Shown here: positions 1-15,479 of the stretch, one piece after another
How positions within the stretch are numbered: position 1 is the stretch's first letter
How the letters are laid out: every line of letters starts with the position of its first letter
NCBI RefSeq assembly: GCF_009914755.1
Contig: NC_060940.1
DNA length: 64,000 nucleotides
Source: the human T2T-CHM13v2.0 reference genome, Homo sapiens
Strand: one strand, 5' to 3'
Notes under the pieces: generated by a model
What the model saw: the letters and a program-made list of their open reading frames with translations, nothing else
The model's database searches: none
Told to the model about the DNA's origin: nothing
Position numbers and translations under genes: made by a program

Positions 1-185
1 ATGTGAGCATGATAACCATCAAGGCAGGGAGAGATCACAAGAAAAGGTAAAGGTTTGTTGAGCCACATATGAATTTAAATCCTGGCTCTCCTACTCACTT
101 GCTGTGTACCTTTCGGAATGCCAGTTAACCTCTCTGCGCCTCAATTTCCTCCTCCAAACAATGAAGAGCTGGCGATCACTAAGGT

Positions 186-268
186 TTCTTCCTTCCTTCC
201 TTCCTTCCCCTCTCCTTCTCTCCCTCCCTTCCTCTCTCCCTCTCTCCCTCCCTTCCTTCTTCCTTTTT
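186..268. repeat. CT-rich low-complexity/(CCTT)n tract
   Basis: Run of ttcc/ctcc/ccct units. Confidence 0.85.
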
Positions 269-1119
269 TAAGGACATACCAAATATTGTTTTAGGTACCA
301 GGGCCACAGCAATGGCCATAAAAAAATTACTTGCAACCACAGAGGTTACATGGACAGGAGTAAGCCAGTGAACAAATTAGCAAGAGAATGAAACTGATAA
401 TTTTAGATAATGTTGAGTGCTATGAAAAACATAAAGTAAGTTAATGGGACGTTGAGTGATGGGGGCAGGAGGAACTGTTGATCTAATGGCATGGGAAGGC
501 CTCTAGGAGGGTGGGATATTTCAGTGCAGGTCTAGGGGATGAGAAGGACCAGCCATGCACTCAACGACCTGGGGGAAGAGCAAAGAGCATCCCCCAACGG
601 CAAGGGCAAAAACAAGGGCCTGGAGGTGGGTGTCAGCTTGTAACACTCAGTGGGGGCAGTCTCTGATCTAGGTACAGAATTGTCTTAGCATCCATCTTTC
701 TTCCTCTGTGTTCTTTCTGCCCTCCTAGGCAGCATCTCATTTAAAGCTCTCCACAGTGCCTGCAGTTGTCCACTCTCCAGTGACAGCATTCTCTTGGGTT
801 CACAGCTCTGTCTGAGCATTCTGTGGAGGATGTGCATGGTATTTTGCATCTTTCTCATTGGGATGGTAGGGAATTCTCAATGAGCTGGGTTTTCTCCCTA
901 CCAGCTCTCTGGGACAAGGGCAGCCTCTACCTCCCCGTGTGCTGCTGGCAATTTGTACCAGGACACTGGGAACAGCAAATACTGGTTTCTACAAAAACAT
1001 TACTCTCTAAGGTATGTGAATTAAGGAGCAGGAATCCACGATATTTTTATCTGAGCCTTGGGAGTGTACTCAATTTCGGAAGCACTTATGGCCTAGTGAC
1101 TAGGGACGCAGTCACTGAA

Positions 1120-1305
1120 TTTGGAACTCCTGGGTTCAAATCCTGCTGCTATTAATTCACATCCAGGTGGCCCTAACCCAGTTAATCAGCCTCTCTGTGC
1201 CCCGGTTTCCTCCTACTCAAAATAGGGATAGCTCTTTCCATTCAAAGAGACAGATGGCTTAGCACAGTGCTTGGAACACTATAAGAACTCAATAAATTCA
1301 GCTGC
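1120..1305 (+). mobile_element. MIR (SINE) relic
   Basis: cctgggttcaaatcc...ctctctgtgccccggtttcctcc...cttagcacagtgcttggaacac...ctcaataaat resembles the MIR core and 3' end. Confidence 0.65.
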
Positions 1306-1440
1306 TCTTACTATTTTATTTGTCCTAAGAAGAAATGCAAGTCCAAACTTTAATCCTTTTCCTTCATTTCTTCCTTCTCTCCTTCCTTCGTAAGTGTCAA
1401 CCGTTCGTTCTTTCTCTTTCTTTCTCTCCTCTCTCTCTCT

Positions 1441-1794
<354 letters not shown>

Positions 1795-2496
1795 TGACAT
1801 GAGGAATCTAGAGGCAATGGAGAACTAGTCCAGGAGTGCAGGGTAGTGAGCGAAGGGGGATTGACTGTATCACTGCTTGGCTCCTATCTGAGTGTCCTTG
1901 AATCACTTATTTTAAGGATTCTCCGGGCCTTAGTTCCTTCATATGTAAACCGGAAGAGAGAAATCTGTGCTAAAGGGTTTGTGTGAGGCTTTAGCCATGC
2001 TTTTATTAATTGTCAGTTATGCCTTCAGCACCCAGCACAATACCTGACTCACAGTAGTCAATAAACAAAGGGAAGAAACGCCACCACTAAAAACAGCAAA
2101 AGCAATATCACCACAATGTCTTGCAGTCTAGGGATGCGATCTAAGAGAGGAGGTCAGAGAAAAACAGTTGTTTTCTTTGTATGTGATCATGAGATACATC
2201 AACTATATGCAAAATGTTCATAATTTGAAAGAACTGACATTCTTCCCTTTTTTGACTCTCTAATGCATTTTGTTTCTCCTTGCCCATTCTTTGTTTATTC
2301 AACAAATATTTATTGAAGACTTACTCATGTGTCAAACGCTGTGCCAGGTACTGGGATTATCACCATAAATGAAAAAAAAGGCACAGTCCTGATCTCTTGG
2401 AAATTTCAGTCCAGTGGAGGGTACAGATATTAATCAAAGAATAATAATAATAAATCAGTCTATCAATAAAGGATGTGATGAGCGTCTAAAAAAGGA

Positions 2497-3405
<909 letters not shown>

Positions 3406-4003
3406 AAAAGTATAAGACATGTGAAGAACGTAAAAGAAGACCCAACTTACTCTGGTGCATGCTGTAATCATTGAGTAGCAGTGCTGGAGCCATTACTAGC
3501 TAGTTGTGAACTTGCTGAACTGTCTTGGAGAAAAAGCACTGGTACCTTGGGGAGGTTGCTGATGATGGAAAAGGAGGGTTCTGCGTGGAAGGAATGCCAT
3601 ATGCAAAGACCTCTCCCCTGCCCTACCTTGCACTACAATTGCAAGTGCCCCTCTTTAATCCTCCTTATACGGCTCTAATTATCCTGATGGCACTACACCT
3701 TAGTGGTACAAGTCAAGTTGCAGAGATCCCATGACCACTGCCTTTACTACCACTTCTCCAATAATTATAATACGAGCAATAATAACAAAAGTAGAGACAC
3801 AGAAATGAAATCTTACTAAGTGTTATAATATAATACTATTCATATTCTCAAGTTAATACCACCAGAAGATACTTTGAGGTTACCATCCCCCACTTCAGTC
3901 AAGCAATTGATTTTTTTTTTTGTTATTTGTCATCATGAAACATAGCAAAGAATACAGAACAAAGTATAGTAGTGACCCATGTACTTACATCCAGCTTTAA
4001 TCA

Positions 4004-4350
<347 letters not shown>

Positions 4351-5416
4351 CCCAAAAGAACAGCAATAACAAAAGCTCCAAAAGAACAGAGATTCATCGA
4401 TTCCAGGAGGCCTGGGGTTGGGGGAGAAGATCTGATTGTCCAGATTTTCGAAATCAAAATGCCACCTCTCCAAGTACTGCAAAGTTCCGTAGATCTAAAC
4501 TGACTGTAACTGGCCATCAGAAGTCAGTATCCTCAGCTATGAAATGAGAATAACATTTTCTCTTCCTTTAATCTCACATAACTAGTTGGTACGTGTGAGA
4601 GAGGTGGGGTGCAGCGAGATTCCAAGTCACGGTCCTGCATGGAAACCATAAACACTGCAAATGAGAAAGGGTCACTGATGGCTGCAAGGTACTGAATATC
4701 CTCCTCCATGCAGCCCTTCTGCCATCAGAAAGCAAATTTCATAATCCATTTTGTCTAACATCGCTGTGCTGATTAGTATTTGTTAAATGCTTTAATGGAG
4801 ATGATGATCATTTGCTATGTAGAGACCTATTGGACTCTTCCCAGTATAATCCCAGTGTGAGTAGTGGAGCCCAATGATATTATAATCCCATCCCCCGATT
4901 TCCTGAAATAAAATAAAATAAAATAGATGGTGGCACATGTCCTCAATTCCTGAGCCAGATCCTAACCAATCCCGCAACAACATTCCCACTTTACTAATGG
5001 TTTGCACCCTGGTGGATGCCCTCCATTGCCCGAAAATATGCAATCACTTAATTGCCATAGCAATCCTATTATATTACCATTACACAACGTCTGTTGGGGA
5101 AAGCCCAGAACATGTTATTACCGTTGAAAGGGACAATTTACTGGATTTCACTAAATGCCATCACTTCCCCAAAAATGAATCAAAATTACTTGATTATGCA
5201 CATCTCCCTTTAATGTCCTGCTCAGAGAACAACAGGGAAGCTGCCACTGGGGGACAGAGCTGCTGTGAGCAAGGCTGACTTTATGGAACTGAGGGGATGG
5301 CGGGTCTTGTCTGTCTCCATCCCAGTCTCCTGAGTCCACGTGGTACTGCTGTGTTGGGGTGCACTGAGCACTGTTTGTGAAAGGCCCTCTGTCCATCAAT
5401 CAATTTAGGGTGGAGC

Positions 5417-5530
5417 TTTTTTTCTTTTTAATTATAATTTTAAGTTCTGGAATACATGTGCAGGTTGTGCAGGTTTGTTACATAGGTAAACGTGTACCAT
5501 GGTGGTTTGCTACACCTATCAACTCATCAT
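5417..5530 (-). mobile_element. Short 5'-truncated L1PA 3' end
   Basis: T-tail then ttttaagttctggaatacatgtgcaggttgtgcaggtttgttacataggtaaacgtg; flanks tagggtggagctttt / taggggaggagctttt resemble a TSD. Confidence 0.85.
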
Positions 5531-5801
5531 AGGGAGGAGCTTTTATTGGGAAATTTTAGTTTAAAGCAGTGTTGAATTCTAAAGTGCTTTCTGTATGACA
5601 GAGGCTATGTCAGTGAAACACAACCATACCCCAAACTCTGAAAATTAAACTACAAAATAAACCAAAGGTGAACAGGGGCCATTGCTCTGCAGGGAATACA
5701 GATTAGTAAGAATGGATCAGACCAAATCTGGTCACAATCCTAGAAAACCAATGCCAAGCTCTGCGGATCGGAACATAATCTTTATACATGAAGAACAGTA
5801 T

Positions 5802-5804
5802 ATG

Positions 5805-5839
<35 letters not shown>

Positions 5840-5849
5840 ATTTTTTTTT
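5802..5849. repeat. (TA)n(TG)n(T)n compound microsatellite
   Basis: Direct reading. Confidence 0.9.
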
Positions 5850-6326
5850 CTTTGCATGCCTGTGAGTCTTCAATGCTGCTTGGCAATGACTCCACTTGTC
5901 TCCCTGTCTGCCCCCCCATTTTTCCAACACTATAAATTGCAGCAATCACAAACACGAACTGCATTTGAAAAGCCACAATGAGTTAAAAAAAAAAAAAATG
6001 TGATCTTGCCCCCTACCCCTTCCTTTCCTGACGAACGGCTACCCATATTGTTAGATTTTAGTGGACAGGTTTGTCTTAAAGTGCCATAAATCACAGCTGA
6101 AAGCCATTTGGGTAAATTGTCATTAACCATTTGCATGTGGAAAAGTGTAAAGAATTTAAGAGAAAGTGAATTGCATCAGGATTCCGGGTGCAGAAGCTTA
6201 TAAGGGCAACGATGTCTCCAAGCAGAGTAAGAAGGAATTTGTACAAGCCTTTGATTCTCTGATTTTTTTGAAAGCACAAAGAGGCTTCATATTTAATTTA
6301 TAGTGTTATATAAGCTGCTGCTGCTG

Positions 6327-6329
<3 letters not shown>

Positions 6330-6386
<57 letters not shown>
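6330..6386. repeat. (TG)n microsatellite, about 28 units
   Basis: Uninterrupted tg run preceded by (CTG)n. Confidence 0.97.
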
Positions 6387-6388
<2 letters not shown>

Positions 6389-7395
6389 TCCAGCATAATT
6401 CTGACTCTGGTAGTTTGGATTTTGCATTATGGAGGCAACCACTATTCTAGCATCTGAATACTCATTCTAGACAGCTAAATCCATGACAGCAAAAGTATAG
6501 AAACAATTTTGCGGTGTTGGTGGCATTTCCCTTGCCTATAAAACCAATTTTAACTGCACAAAACCCTCAGCACATTGCATTTGGGAAATGCAGTGGCTGC
6601 ACATTAAGCTGTTAGGAATAACTGCTGTTGGGATGGAATGAAATGGAAACAAATCTGCATTTTATTTGCACTCTCTCTGCAATTCCATGCCATCCAGACT
6701 GCAGTTACATTCCCTGCAAAGCAACACTGCCGAAAAGGGTGGGTTTTGCTGGGAAGCATGATCATACTTTGATTTTTAGCCATGCAATCATTTGAAACTG
6801 TGACTGTTCTTTCCTGACACTGGCCACTGAACATTATAATATAGATGGTTTGCTTCTTTTGGAGAAAATATAATCCAAGTCAAGTCTAATTTGACTCAGG
6901 CACATATCTAACTCTCCCCTTCTAATTTAGAGGCAATGAACCTAGGGTAAGAGCTGTCAGGCTGGTCTCTGGGACTGTGAATATTCCTTTGCTTAAGGAA
7001 GCATGAGAGTTACATTGGCTGATTGTGGCATTCAGCTCGTAACTTCCCGGCAATGGACCTAAGTTGACGGTAAGCACTTCAACATGATCAGTGTTTGTCA
7101 TATGAAGTTGTAACATACTGGGGAAGAGGATTAGAATAATCCTAAATATTGGTGCAATGAGAGGGGCATGATTAAGAAAATCATAACACAGCCTAGATTA
7201 TTTATGTAGCATTTAAAATGATGGTCATAAGACCACATACTAAGAATGAAAAAAACAAATGCTAAATGTGGCTGTTTGCACACAATCTAAGTATTAAGGT
7301 AATATTCCTTTGTACTTTTTCATACCTTCTATCCACCCAATTGGGACCAAGTGTAGGATGCTAGGGGACAATGCCATTTTTATTTGGTTCCTAGG

Positions 7396-7828
7396 TGTGA
7401 TGGTTAATACTAAGTGTCAACTTGATTGGATTGAAGGATACACACTATTGATCCTGGGTGTGTCTGTGAGGGTGTTGCCAAAGGGGATTGACATTTGAGC
7501 CAGTGGGCTGGGAAAGGCAGACCCACCCTTACTCTGGGTGGGCACCATCTAAACAGCTGCCAGCATGGCTAAAATATAAGCAGGCAGAAAAATGTGAAAG
7601 GAGGGACAGGCCTAGCCTTCCTGCCTACATCTTTCACCCATGCCGGATGCTTCCTGCCCTCGAACATCGGACTCCAAGTTCTTCAGTTTTGGAACTCAGA
7701 CTGGCTCTCCTTACTCTTCAGCCTGCAGATGGCCTACTGTGGGACCTTGTGATTGTGTGAGTTAATAAACTCCCCTTTATATATACATCAATTCCATTAG
7801 TTCTGTCCCTCTAGAGAACCCTAATACA
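7396..7828 (+). mobile_element. MLT2A-like (ERVL) solo LTR
   Basis: Starts tgtgatggttaatactaagtgtcaacttgattggattgaagg and ends ctagagaaccctaataca; AATAAA near the 3' end; flanks ctagg/ctagc (near-TSD). Confidence 0.88.
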
Positions 7829-8060
7829 CTAGCCATCCATAAAAACTGTGTTTCTTAGCCCCCTCGCATCTAAGTAAGACCATGTGACTAGTTTTCGTGG
7901 AAGGAATATGAGCAGAATGACTGTAAATTACTTTGAGGCCTGGCTGCTAAAACATCTGATGTGATCTGCTGAGTCCTCTCTTTCCCATCCACGTGGCCAG
8001 AAGCAAGAAGCCCCAGTGTGACGAAGCCACAGCATGGAAGAAAGCTGGGTTTCTGTGTAG

Positions 8061-8418
<358 letters not shown>

Positions 8419-8501
8419 AGGAATTTTTTTTTTTTAAATGTCGCATTAAGTACTGAGATTTGGGGTAAAGGAGGTTATTAAAGTAGTTAATGTTTACTTA
8501 C

Positions 8502-8992
8502 TGATATGGCTTGGCTGTGTCACCACCCAATTCCCATGTTGTCACTCCCATAATTCCCATGTGTTGTGCAAGGGACCCCGTGGGAGATGATTTAATTATG
8601 GGGACGGTATTGTTCCCGTGCTGTTCTTGTGATAGTGAATGGGTCTCATGAGATCTGATGCTTTTAAAAACGGCAGTTTCTCTGCACACCTTCTCTCTTT
8701 GCCTGCTGCCATCCACGTAAGACGTGACTTGCTCCTCCTTGCCTTCCACCATGATTGTGAAGTCTCCCCAGCCATATGGAGCTGTAAGTCTAATAAACCT
8801 CTTTCTTTTGTAAATTGCCCAGTCTCGGGTATGTGTATATGCCAATAAGGGTTATTGGCATGGCAGCAGTGAGACATTTCTGAGTCTCTGGCATAATACC
8901 ATCACAATTGCACCAACATCTCACTTCCAGCTATTGTAGCTACTCTTGATATAATCAAAATACTACCAGCAGTGTGAAAATGGACTAGTACA
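8502..8992 (+). mobile_element. THE1 (ERVL-MaLR) solo LTR carrying a 122-bp foreign insertion
   Basis: tgatatggcttggctgtgtc...cccagtctcgggtatg[insert 8844-8965]cagcagtgtgaaaatggactagtaca; exact 5-bp TSD CTTAC (8497-8501, 8993-8997). Confidence 0.92.
8844..8965 (+). repeat. Copy of 11616-11737 (122 bp, 6 mismatches)
   Basis: Manual alignment aataagggttattggcatggcagcagtgag...gatataatcaaaatacta. Confidence 0.95.
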
Positions 8993-9021
8993 CTTACTTT
9001 GACTAATATATTGTTGTTCCT

Positions 9022-9192
9022 TTTCTTTTTCTTTTTTATTATTTTTGGAGACAAAGTCATGCTCTGTTGCCCAGACTGGAATACAGTGATGTGATCATAG
9101 CTCATTGCAGCCTCGAACTGTTAGCCTCAAGCAGTACCCCACCTCAGCCTCCAAAAGTGCTGGGATGATAGGCATAAGTCACCATGGCCAGC
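9022..9192 (-). mobile_element. FLAM/AluJ monomer
   Basis: Single-arm Alu-like sequence after a T-rich tail; ttgttcctttt on both flanks. Confidence 0.85.
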
Positions 9193-10124
9193 GCATTGTT
9201 CCTTTTAAAATGGGAGATAGCGACGTTTTGAAGATCATACCTCAGAAGTCGGATTTGAAGTGAAAGCAAAGTTCTGTTTAGAAAGCGGATAATAGCCAAT
9301 CATAATAAAACCAGCTACCATTTGTGGGATGCATGCTGCCTTTGTAGACACTTGGCACACAATTTTATGCAATCCTCATGACAACTGCACCAGAAGGTAT
9401 TCTTATCTCATTCTTATGATGGGGAAGCTCAGAACCTCATAGGAAAGGTCAAGGTCATACAAATTAAGTTAAGAATGCCAGAATTTGAACTCAGGTATAT
9501 CTGATACCAAAGCTGATACTCATCATGACAGCCCAGCTGAGACATGCAAGGTTGCAGGGTTTAAACTTCTAGCCAATGTAGATTTAAAGAAAAAGTGTAA
9601 TCAATGAATTGTCACATATTGAGCTTTCTGTATCCTACGTACTGTGCAAGATATTATGAGGCAAGAAAAAAACAAAAGAATCCCGTTGTATGGTCCTCAA
9701 ATATTTTAAGGGCAATAAAAGTGGCGGCAGGTTGGGGCATAGATAATATCTCCCTCTTCCCCAGGTGGCTCTGTCCCTGCCTGGTCACTTTTTAGTTCTC
9801 TGAAAGCTACGAAGTTTATGAGTCACAGTTCAGCACATTTACTGAATGCTGGGTAGAATTACTGGGTTTTAAGGAATTTTTATGCTATATCAATCAATAA
9901 AGACTCTCAGTTTATATCCCAGTTCTATAATTTATTAGCAGTGTGAGCTTGGATCATACAACTCAATCTGCTGCTGTATCAGTTTCTTCATCTGTAAGAT
10001 AGAGGTGATGATAATAATAGCAATGGCTTCATAGAATTGCCGTAAAGCACATAGAAATGGCCACAGTAAATGTGTGTGTGTGTGTGTATAAGTGTGTCTG
10101 TATAAGGGTGTGTGTGTGTGTTCC

Positions 10125-10365
10125 TGCATTCTGTGAACACTGAGAATACTGAGTCAGGATTAGCTCTTCACACTTTTCCACCCTTTTCTGAGCATGTAGT
10201 TGGTGGGTTGACCTGTCAAGGTCATCCTGGATGATCTAGACTTGTTTCTCTCTTCTTTTCCCTTCAGTATGCCTGAGGGATCACAGGGATGAATATAGAG
10301 TCACCGTTTATACCTCAGGATCCAACCTATACTTTTCTTAAGGTTACAACACTAAGGCTTTAAGA
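10125..10365 (+). pseudogene. Possible retrocopied mRNA 3'UTR fragment (unverified)
   Basis: Segment between a (TG)n tract and an MLT1 LTR that matches no repeat I recognise; resemblance to an mRNA 3'UTR is from memory only; no poly-A or TSD seen. Confidence 0.25.
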
Positions 10366-10537
10366 CATGGGCTCAAATATTAGCTGAGTGATTCTTTGGG
10401 CCCCCTTTGTGGAAGGCAGCTATCTAAGATGCCCCCCAGTGTGATATTCACTTACAATTATTTATGTCCTTGTGCAATCTACTCTTTCACTCCCTGCCCA
10501 GTCTGACTCCCAAGGGTGGGCTGGACTTAAATATCGG

Positions 10538-10841
<304 letters not shown>

Positions 10842-11167
10842 TGCTTCTATTGCACAAAATACAACAACATGATGGATGTCACTTCTAAGATTAGCTTGCA
10901 AAGAGAGTGTGACATCTCTCTCTCTCATTTTATCTCCCTCTCTCAATCTCATGAGGCCAATTGCCATGTTGTGAGCTGCCTTATGGAGAGTCCACATGAT
11001 AAGAAATTCAAGATGACCTGCCACCCAAAACCCACAAGGAGCTGAATCCCGCCAAGAACTCTGAGTGACTGAGCGAGCTTGTAAGTGGATGTCTCCCCAG
11101 TTGAACCTTGAAAGGAGACCCCAGCCCCTAGCTAATGCTTTCATTGCAGTCTCCAAGAACTGAGTAA

Positions 11168-11441
11168 GAGTAAGAACATACGATATTTGGTTTTCCATTC
11201 CTGAGTTAGTTCACTTAGAATAATAGCTGTGAAGATGCAAAGGCATAAGAACGACACAATGGATTTTGGAGACTCAGGGAGAAAGAGTGGCAAGGGGGGG
11301 TGAGGGATAAAAGACTACAAATTGGGTTTGGTGTATACTGCTCAGAAGATGGGTGCACCAAAATCTCCCAAATCGCCACTAACAGACTTACTCATGTAAC
11401 CAAACACCACCTATTCCCCAAAAACCTTTAGAAATAAAAAA
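11168..11441 (+). mobile_element. L1PB 3' end with 5' inversion (twin priming)
   Basis: About 11168-11224 is antisense L1PB (gtaagaacatacgatatttggttttccattcctgagtt); about 11225-11441 is sense L1PB with an A-tail; exact 13-bp TSD AAGAACTGAGTAA (11155-11167, 11442-11454). Confidence 0.88.
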
Positions 11442-11615
11442 AAGAACTGAGTAACAGGATCCAGGTTAGCTAGCCCCTGATTCCTCACCCACAGAAACTG
11501 TCAGCCAATAAGTGTGGGTTGTTTTGAGCCTCTAAGTATTGAATAACATGTCATGCAGCAATAGATAACTAATATACCCTTCTCTATCAGAGAATTCTTT
11601 TAAAGATGCAGACAG

Positions 11616-11737
11616 AATAAGGGTTATTGGCATGGCAGCAGTGAGAAATTTCTGAGTCTCTGGCATAATACAATCACAATTGCACCAACATCTCCCTTCC
11701 AGCAATTGTAACTACTCGTGATATAATCAAAATACTA
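11616..11737 (+). repeat. Probable donor copy of the 122-bp duplication
   Basis: About 95% identical to 8844-8965; lies in apparently unique sequence. Confidence 0.93.
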
Positions 11738-14077
11738 TAAGCACAGAAGGTCTTTTTTTTCCTCCAGAAATTAGGGAAGACAGGACCAGATAGATGTGAA
11801 AAACAGTTACATCGAACCTAAATCAAGTGCATTGTATGTTACAAATACTTAGTTTGCATTTTTGTCATGTTTTAATATATATCTTTTTTTAATGAGGATG
11901 GTTACCTTTTTTTGAGAGCTTACTATTTGCCAGCTCATTTAGAGAGTATCTGGTTTAATTTTTATAAAACCTAATGGACTGTTATTATTTTTTTCATTTT
12001 AGAGATGAGATCTTGGAGTTTAAGGAGGACAAGGCACTCACCACTCAGCCAGTCACTGGTGGCACTTGGACTGGACCCGAGGAATGTTGGATTAAAAAGC
12101 CGATTCCCGTTCCTCTACTCCAGCTACCCCAAGGGCAGAAAACATGTCTTCATTTATCTTTGCCTTTCCAATAGCATATGGTCTCTTTCCTGACACACAG
12201 TGGGTGTGAACACTGATGAAATATTTAACAAAGGTTAGCAAAGAGAGAAATTCAAAAGTCTAATGTTGCATTGCCATATCTAGGTCAGTTAATTTTTGTG
12301 TGAACAGAGGGACATTTCTATCTCTAACCCAAGGTATTGAGGCTGAGTTTACATTTTTTTAGCTCTGTCCCCAAATTTGGCTTTCTTCAGAGAAGAGCAT
12401 TATTGGGTCATAATGGTTGTATTTCCTCTACTATATAAAATAAAGAGATTTACACCCTGAAGAGAGATCTTCACAGGAAAAACAAAAAGCAAAGCCATAA
12501 TTCCTGGCTACCTTATCGTTTGCTATATATTAAATACCAACTCCTAGAATTCATTCAATCATTTATTCGTATATCCATTCATGAATTCATTCATTCATTC
12601 ATCTTCCAGATGGTTTTCTGCCTGAACTCATCTCACTACTTAGGTTTAACAAAGAAACACAGCACAGTCTTCGATTATGACAAGCTCAGTCATGCTGAAT
12701 ACATTCTGTTCTTTCATATGACTTTCTCCTAAAAGAAAATAATATTGCTAATTGTAAAGATGATTATAAAATACAGAGTCAAAACAGTAAAAGAAAAATC
12801 CACTATAATCTCCCACTTGAAGATTACTAATAACTGGTTAACATTTGGTTGCGTTTCCTCCCAGATTTTTCTACATATATTTTGCAAATGCGATAAACTA
12901 AACATACCAATTTACAGCTTTTTCTTTACTTAATATGCATGTTTATATTTTTTCATTTTATTAGATATTCCTCTACAATGCCTTTTTTGTCTATAAATTG
13001 TTTCACTCAGTTGCTTTACACTACTTTATTTAACCATGGCTTGAAGGTATTATTCTTAATGGTATTATTGCTATCATTAAAATAAAATGAAATAATGAAA
13101 CACTCATGTTGGCAAAGGTGTAGGAAACTAAAATACCCCCAGAATTTCACCTGTTTTACTTCTTTTGCATTAGTTTTTCAAATTACTTTTAGGTAGCTTG
13201 ACACATCTTTAATTTAAGCACTAATTATTGTACAGAATGCAGCTACGCCTGTGGTGATAATGCTTTTTATTAGCATTAAGACTAAAGACATCAAAGAATC
13301 ATATCAGGATAAAACGTTTATTTCTAATTTAATAGAATTGCAATTAAAGCAAATTTGAGCTGAATGAAATCCCATCATAACTGGACTTTTTTTTTCCTAC
13401 ACAGTGAGCGAAAGTTATTCTACCCTAAATTGAAGATTAATAACATGTTTTTAATGTTAAATGTAGCAATTCAAGCATTAGGTTGCAATTCAAGTTCAAC
13501 ATCACTGAACATTTTATAAACTTCACATTTTAACATCTCTAGAAAGCGCTCTGAGGTAAAAGCGTTAGCGTTAAATGCATTAATGTTATTTTTCTTTATA
13601 AATGAGCTTATAACGGTGTTGTTACCTTCATTTGAATATTTTAATGAAGGGATAATATAAGGAGAGTGGTCCATTTTCACAAGGTAATTGTTTCTTCCCT
13701 GAGTGGCTAAACTTGGGCAGAAAGTGGAATTTATCTCATTGAAATTCTATTATGGCTGCATGGCTGTTGTTACTTGTCGGAATTTCTCATTACCTGGTAA
13801 CTGGGGCTTTTGGCTAATGCTCTTCCTTCCTATGACATCCAGTCTTCTGCTGTCCTAGGGTGTAATCCTATCCTCTGGCAAGTCACAGCAGCAAACCTTT
13901 GGTATCTTGCTCTAGTACTTACTGGCTCAGCACTTAAAATTTAGCTGGATGGAGAATTCTGATTTAGATAAGTTCAGAACAAGTTGGTAAAAAAGTAAGC
14001 TAAATCTGCATTAGAAATGAAAATGATGGAAAGGTATGCAGTCCCTCTCAAATTACTCAAAGCTGGGTTTGTGCTTT

Positions 14078-14567
14078 TGGTAGCTTCATTGCAAAAATGG
14101 CCCCATTTTTCTTCCTTTTGCTAAAGCCACTCTATTTACCATGTTACTTTTCAGATCCTCTCATCAAGAGATGGAGTCTGAGTCTTCATTCCTTGAATCT
14201 GGGCTGGCCTTCTGATTGGCTTTTGGCTAATAGAATGTGGTAAAAGAGATGCTTTACATGAGTCCACTCTTGGTCTTTGACCTGTGCCTCCACCATGAGA
14301 ACAAGTCCAAGCTAGCCTATTGGAGAATGACACCTTATGGAAGAGAACCAAAGTGCTCCACCCAGCAGCCAGACATCCTTCACATGCAGAGCCACCAAAG
14401 CTTAATGCAGCTCATAACAGACGGATGCGGAAGCCCAGCAAAGGTCTGCAGAACCACCCCACTGAACTCAGCCTAACTTGACTCACAGTAATGAGCTAAA
14501 TTAATGGCTGTTGTTTTAAATTAATAAGTGTTCGGTGGTTTATTGCTCAGCAATAGATAACTGATAC
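14078..14567 (+). mobile_element. MLT1 (MaLR) LTR
   Basis: ccttgaatctgggctggccttctgattggcttttggctaatagaatgtgg...gctcagcaatagataactgatac. Confidence 0.75.
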
Positions 14568-15062
14568 GATATTCTCTCTCTGCCAGAGGATGAGTCATGA
14601 TGGATGATCTACTACTTTCTTTGAGTTTTCTCATTCTGTTCTGTAAAATAAAAATAGTAACACTGCCTTACAGGACTGTCTTGAATTAAAGACAATAGAT
14701 AGGAACTAGTACAGTGCATTTCACGGAATAGTGCTCAGTATAAATATTAGCAGTCATTTATGTTGATTTTCATGTTTTTGCTGCTCATTTTCATGATACA
14801 CATCCAAACATTTCAATTAGTGATTGAGAACATGGGTTATGGAGCTAGGCTGCCAGCCACCATTGCCTTCCTGGCACAGCCCTTATGAGCTATGTGACCT
14901 TAAACAGCTTACTTGGCTTCTATGCCTCAGTGGCCTCATCTTTAACATGAGGTTATCATAATACCTACCCCAGGGTTATTGGGCTAATTAAATCAGTAAA
15001 AATAGATAAAGTGCTTAGGATCTCGAATGGTATAGTGTAGTCACTAGAATAAAAAATAATTA

Positions 15063-15355
15063 GGCTGGGGACGGTGGCTCACACCTGTTATCCTAGCCCT
15101 CTGGGAGGCTGAGGCAGGAGATTTCTTGAGCTCAGTACTTCTAGACCAGCCTGGGCAATGTAACGAGACCCTGTCTCTACACAAAAAAAATAGAATAAAA
15201 ATTAGCTGGGTATGGTGCTGTGCACCTGCAGTCCTAGCTACTTGGGGGGCTGAGGTGGGAAGATCACTTAAGCCCAGCAGGTAGAGGCTGTAGTGAGCTA
15301 TGATTGCGCCACTGCACTTCAGCCTGGGACAGAGCAAGACCCCGTCTCAAAAAAA
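15063..15355 (+). mobile_element. AluJ inserted at the end of a MIR
   Basis: AluJ-type ttgagctcag, gcctgggcaatgtaacgagaccc, gaggctgtagtgagctatgattgcg. Confidence 0.92.
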
Positions 15356-15479
15356 TTAATTATTAATAATGAAGAGATATATGGCTTATAGATACTTCTA
15401 TATATCTAAGTAGACACATTTCTACTCATAATATTTATGGATCCGATTTGATCTTTGGAATCAAGAAAACAAGCATTTT

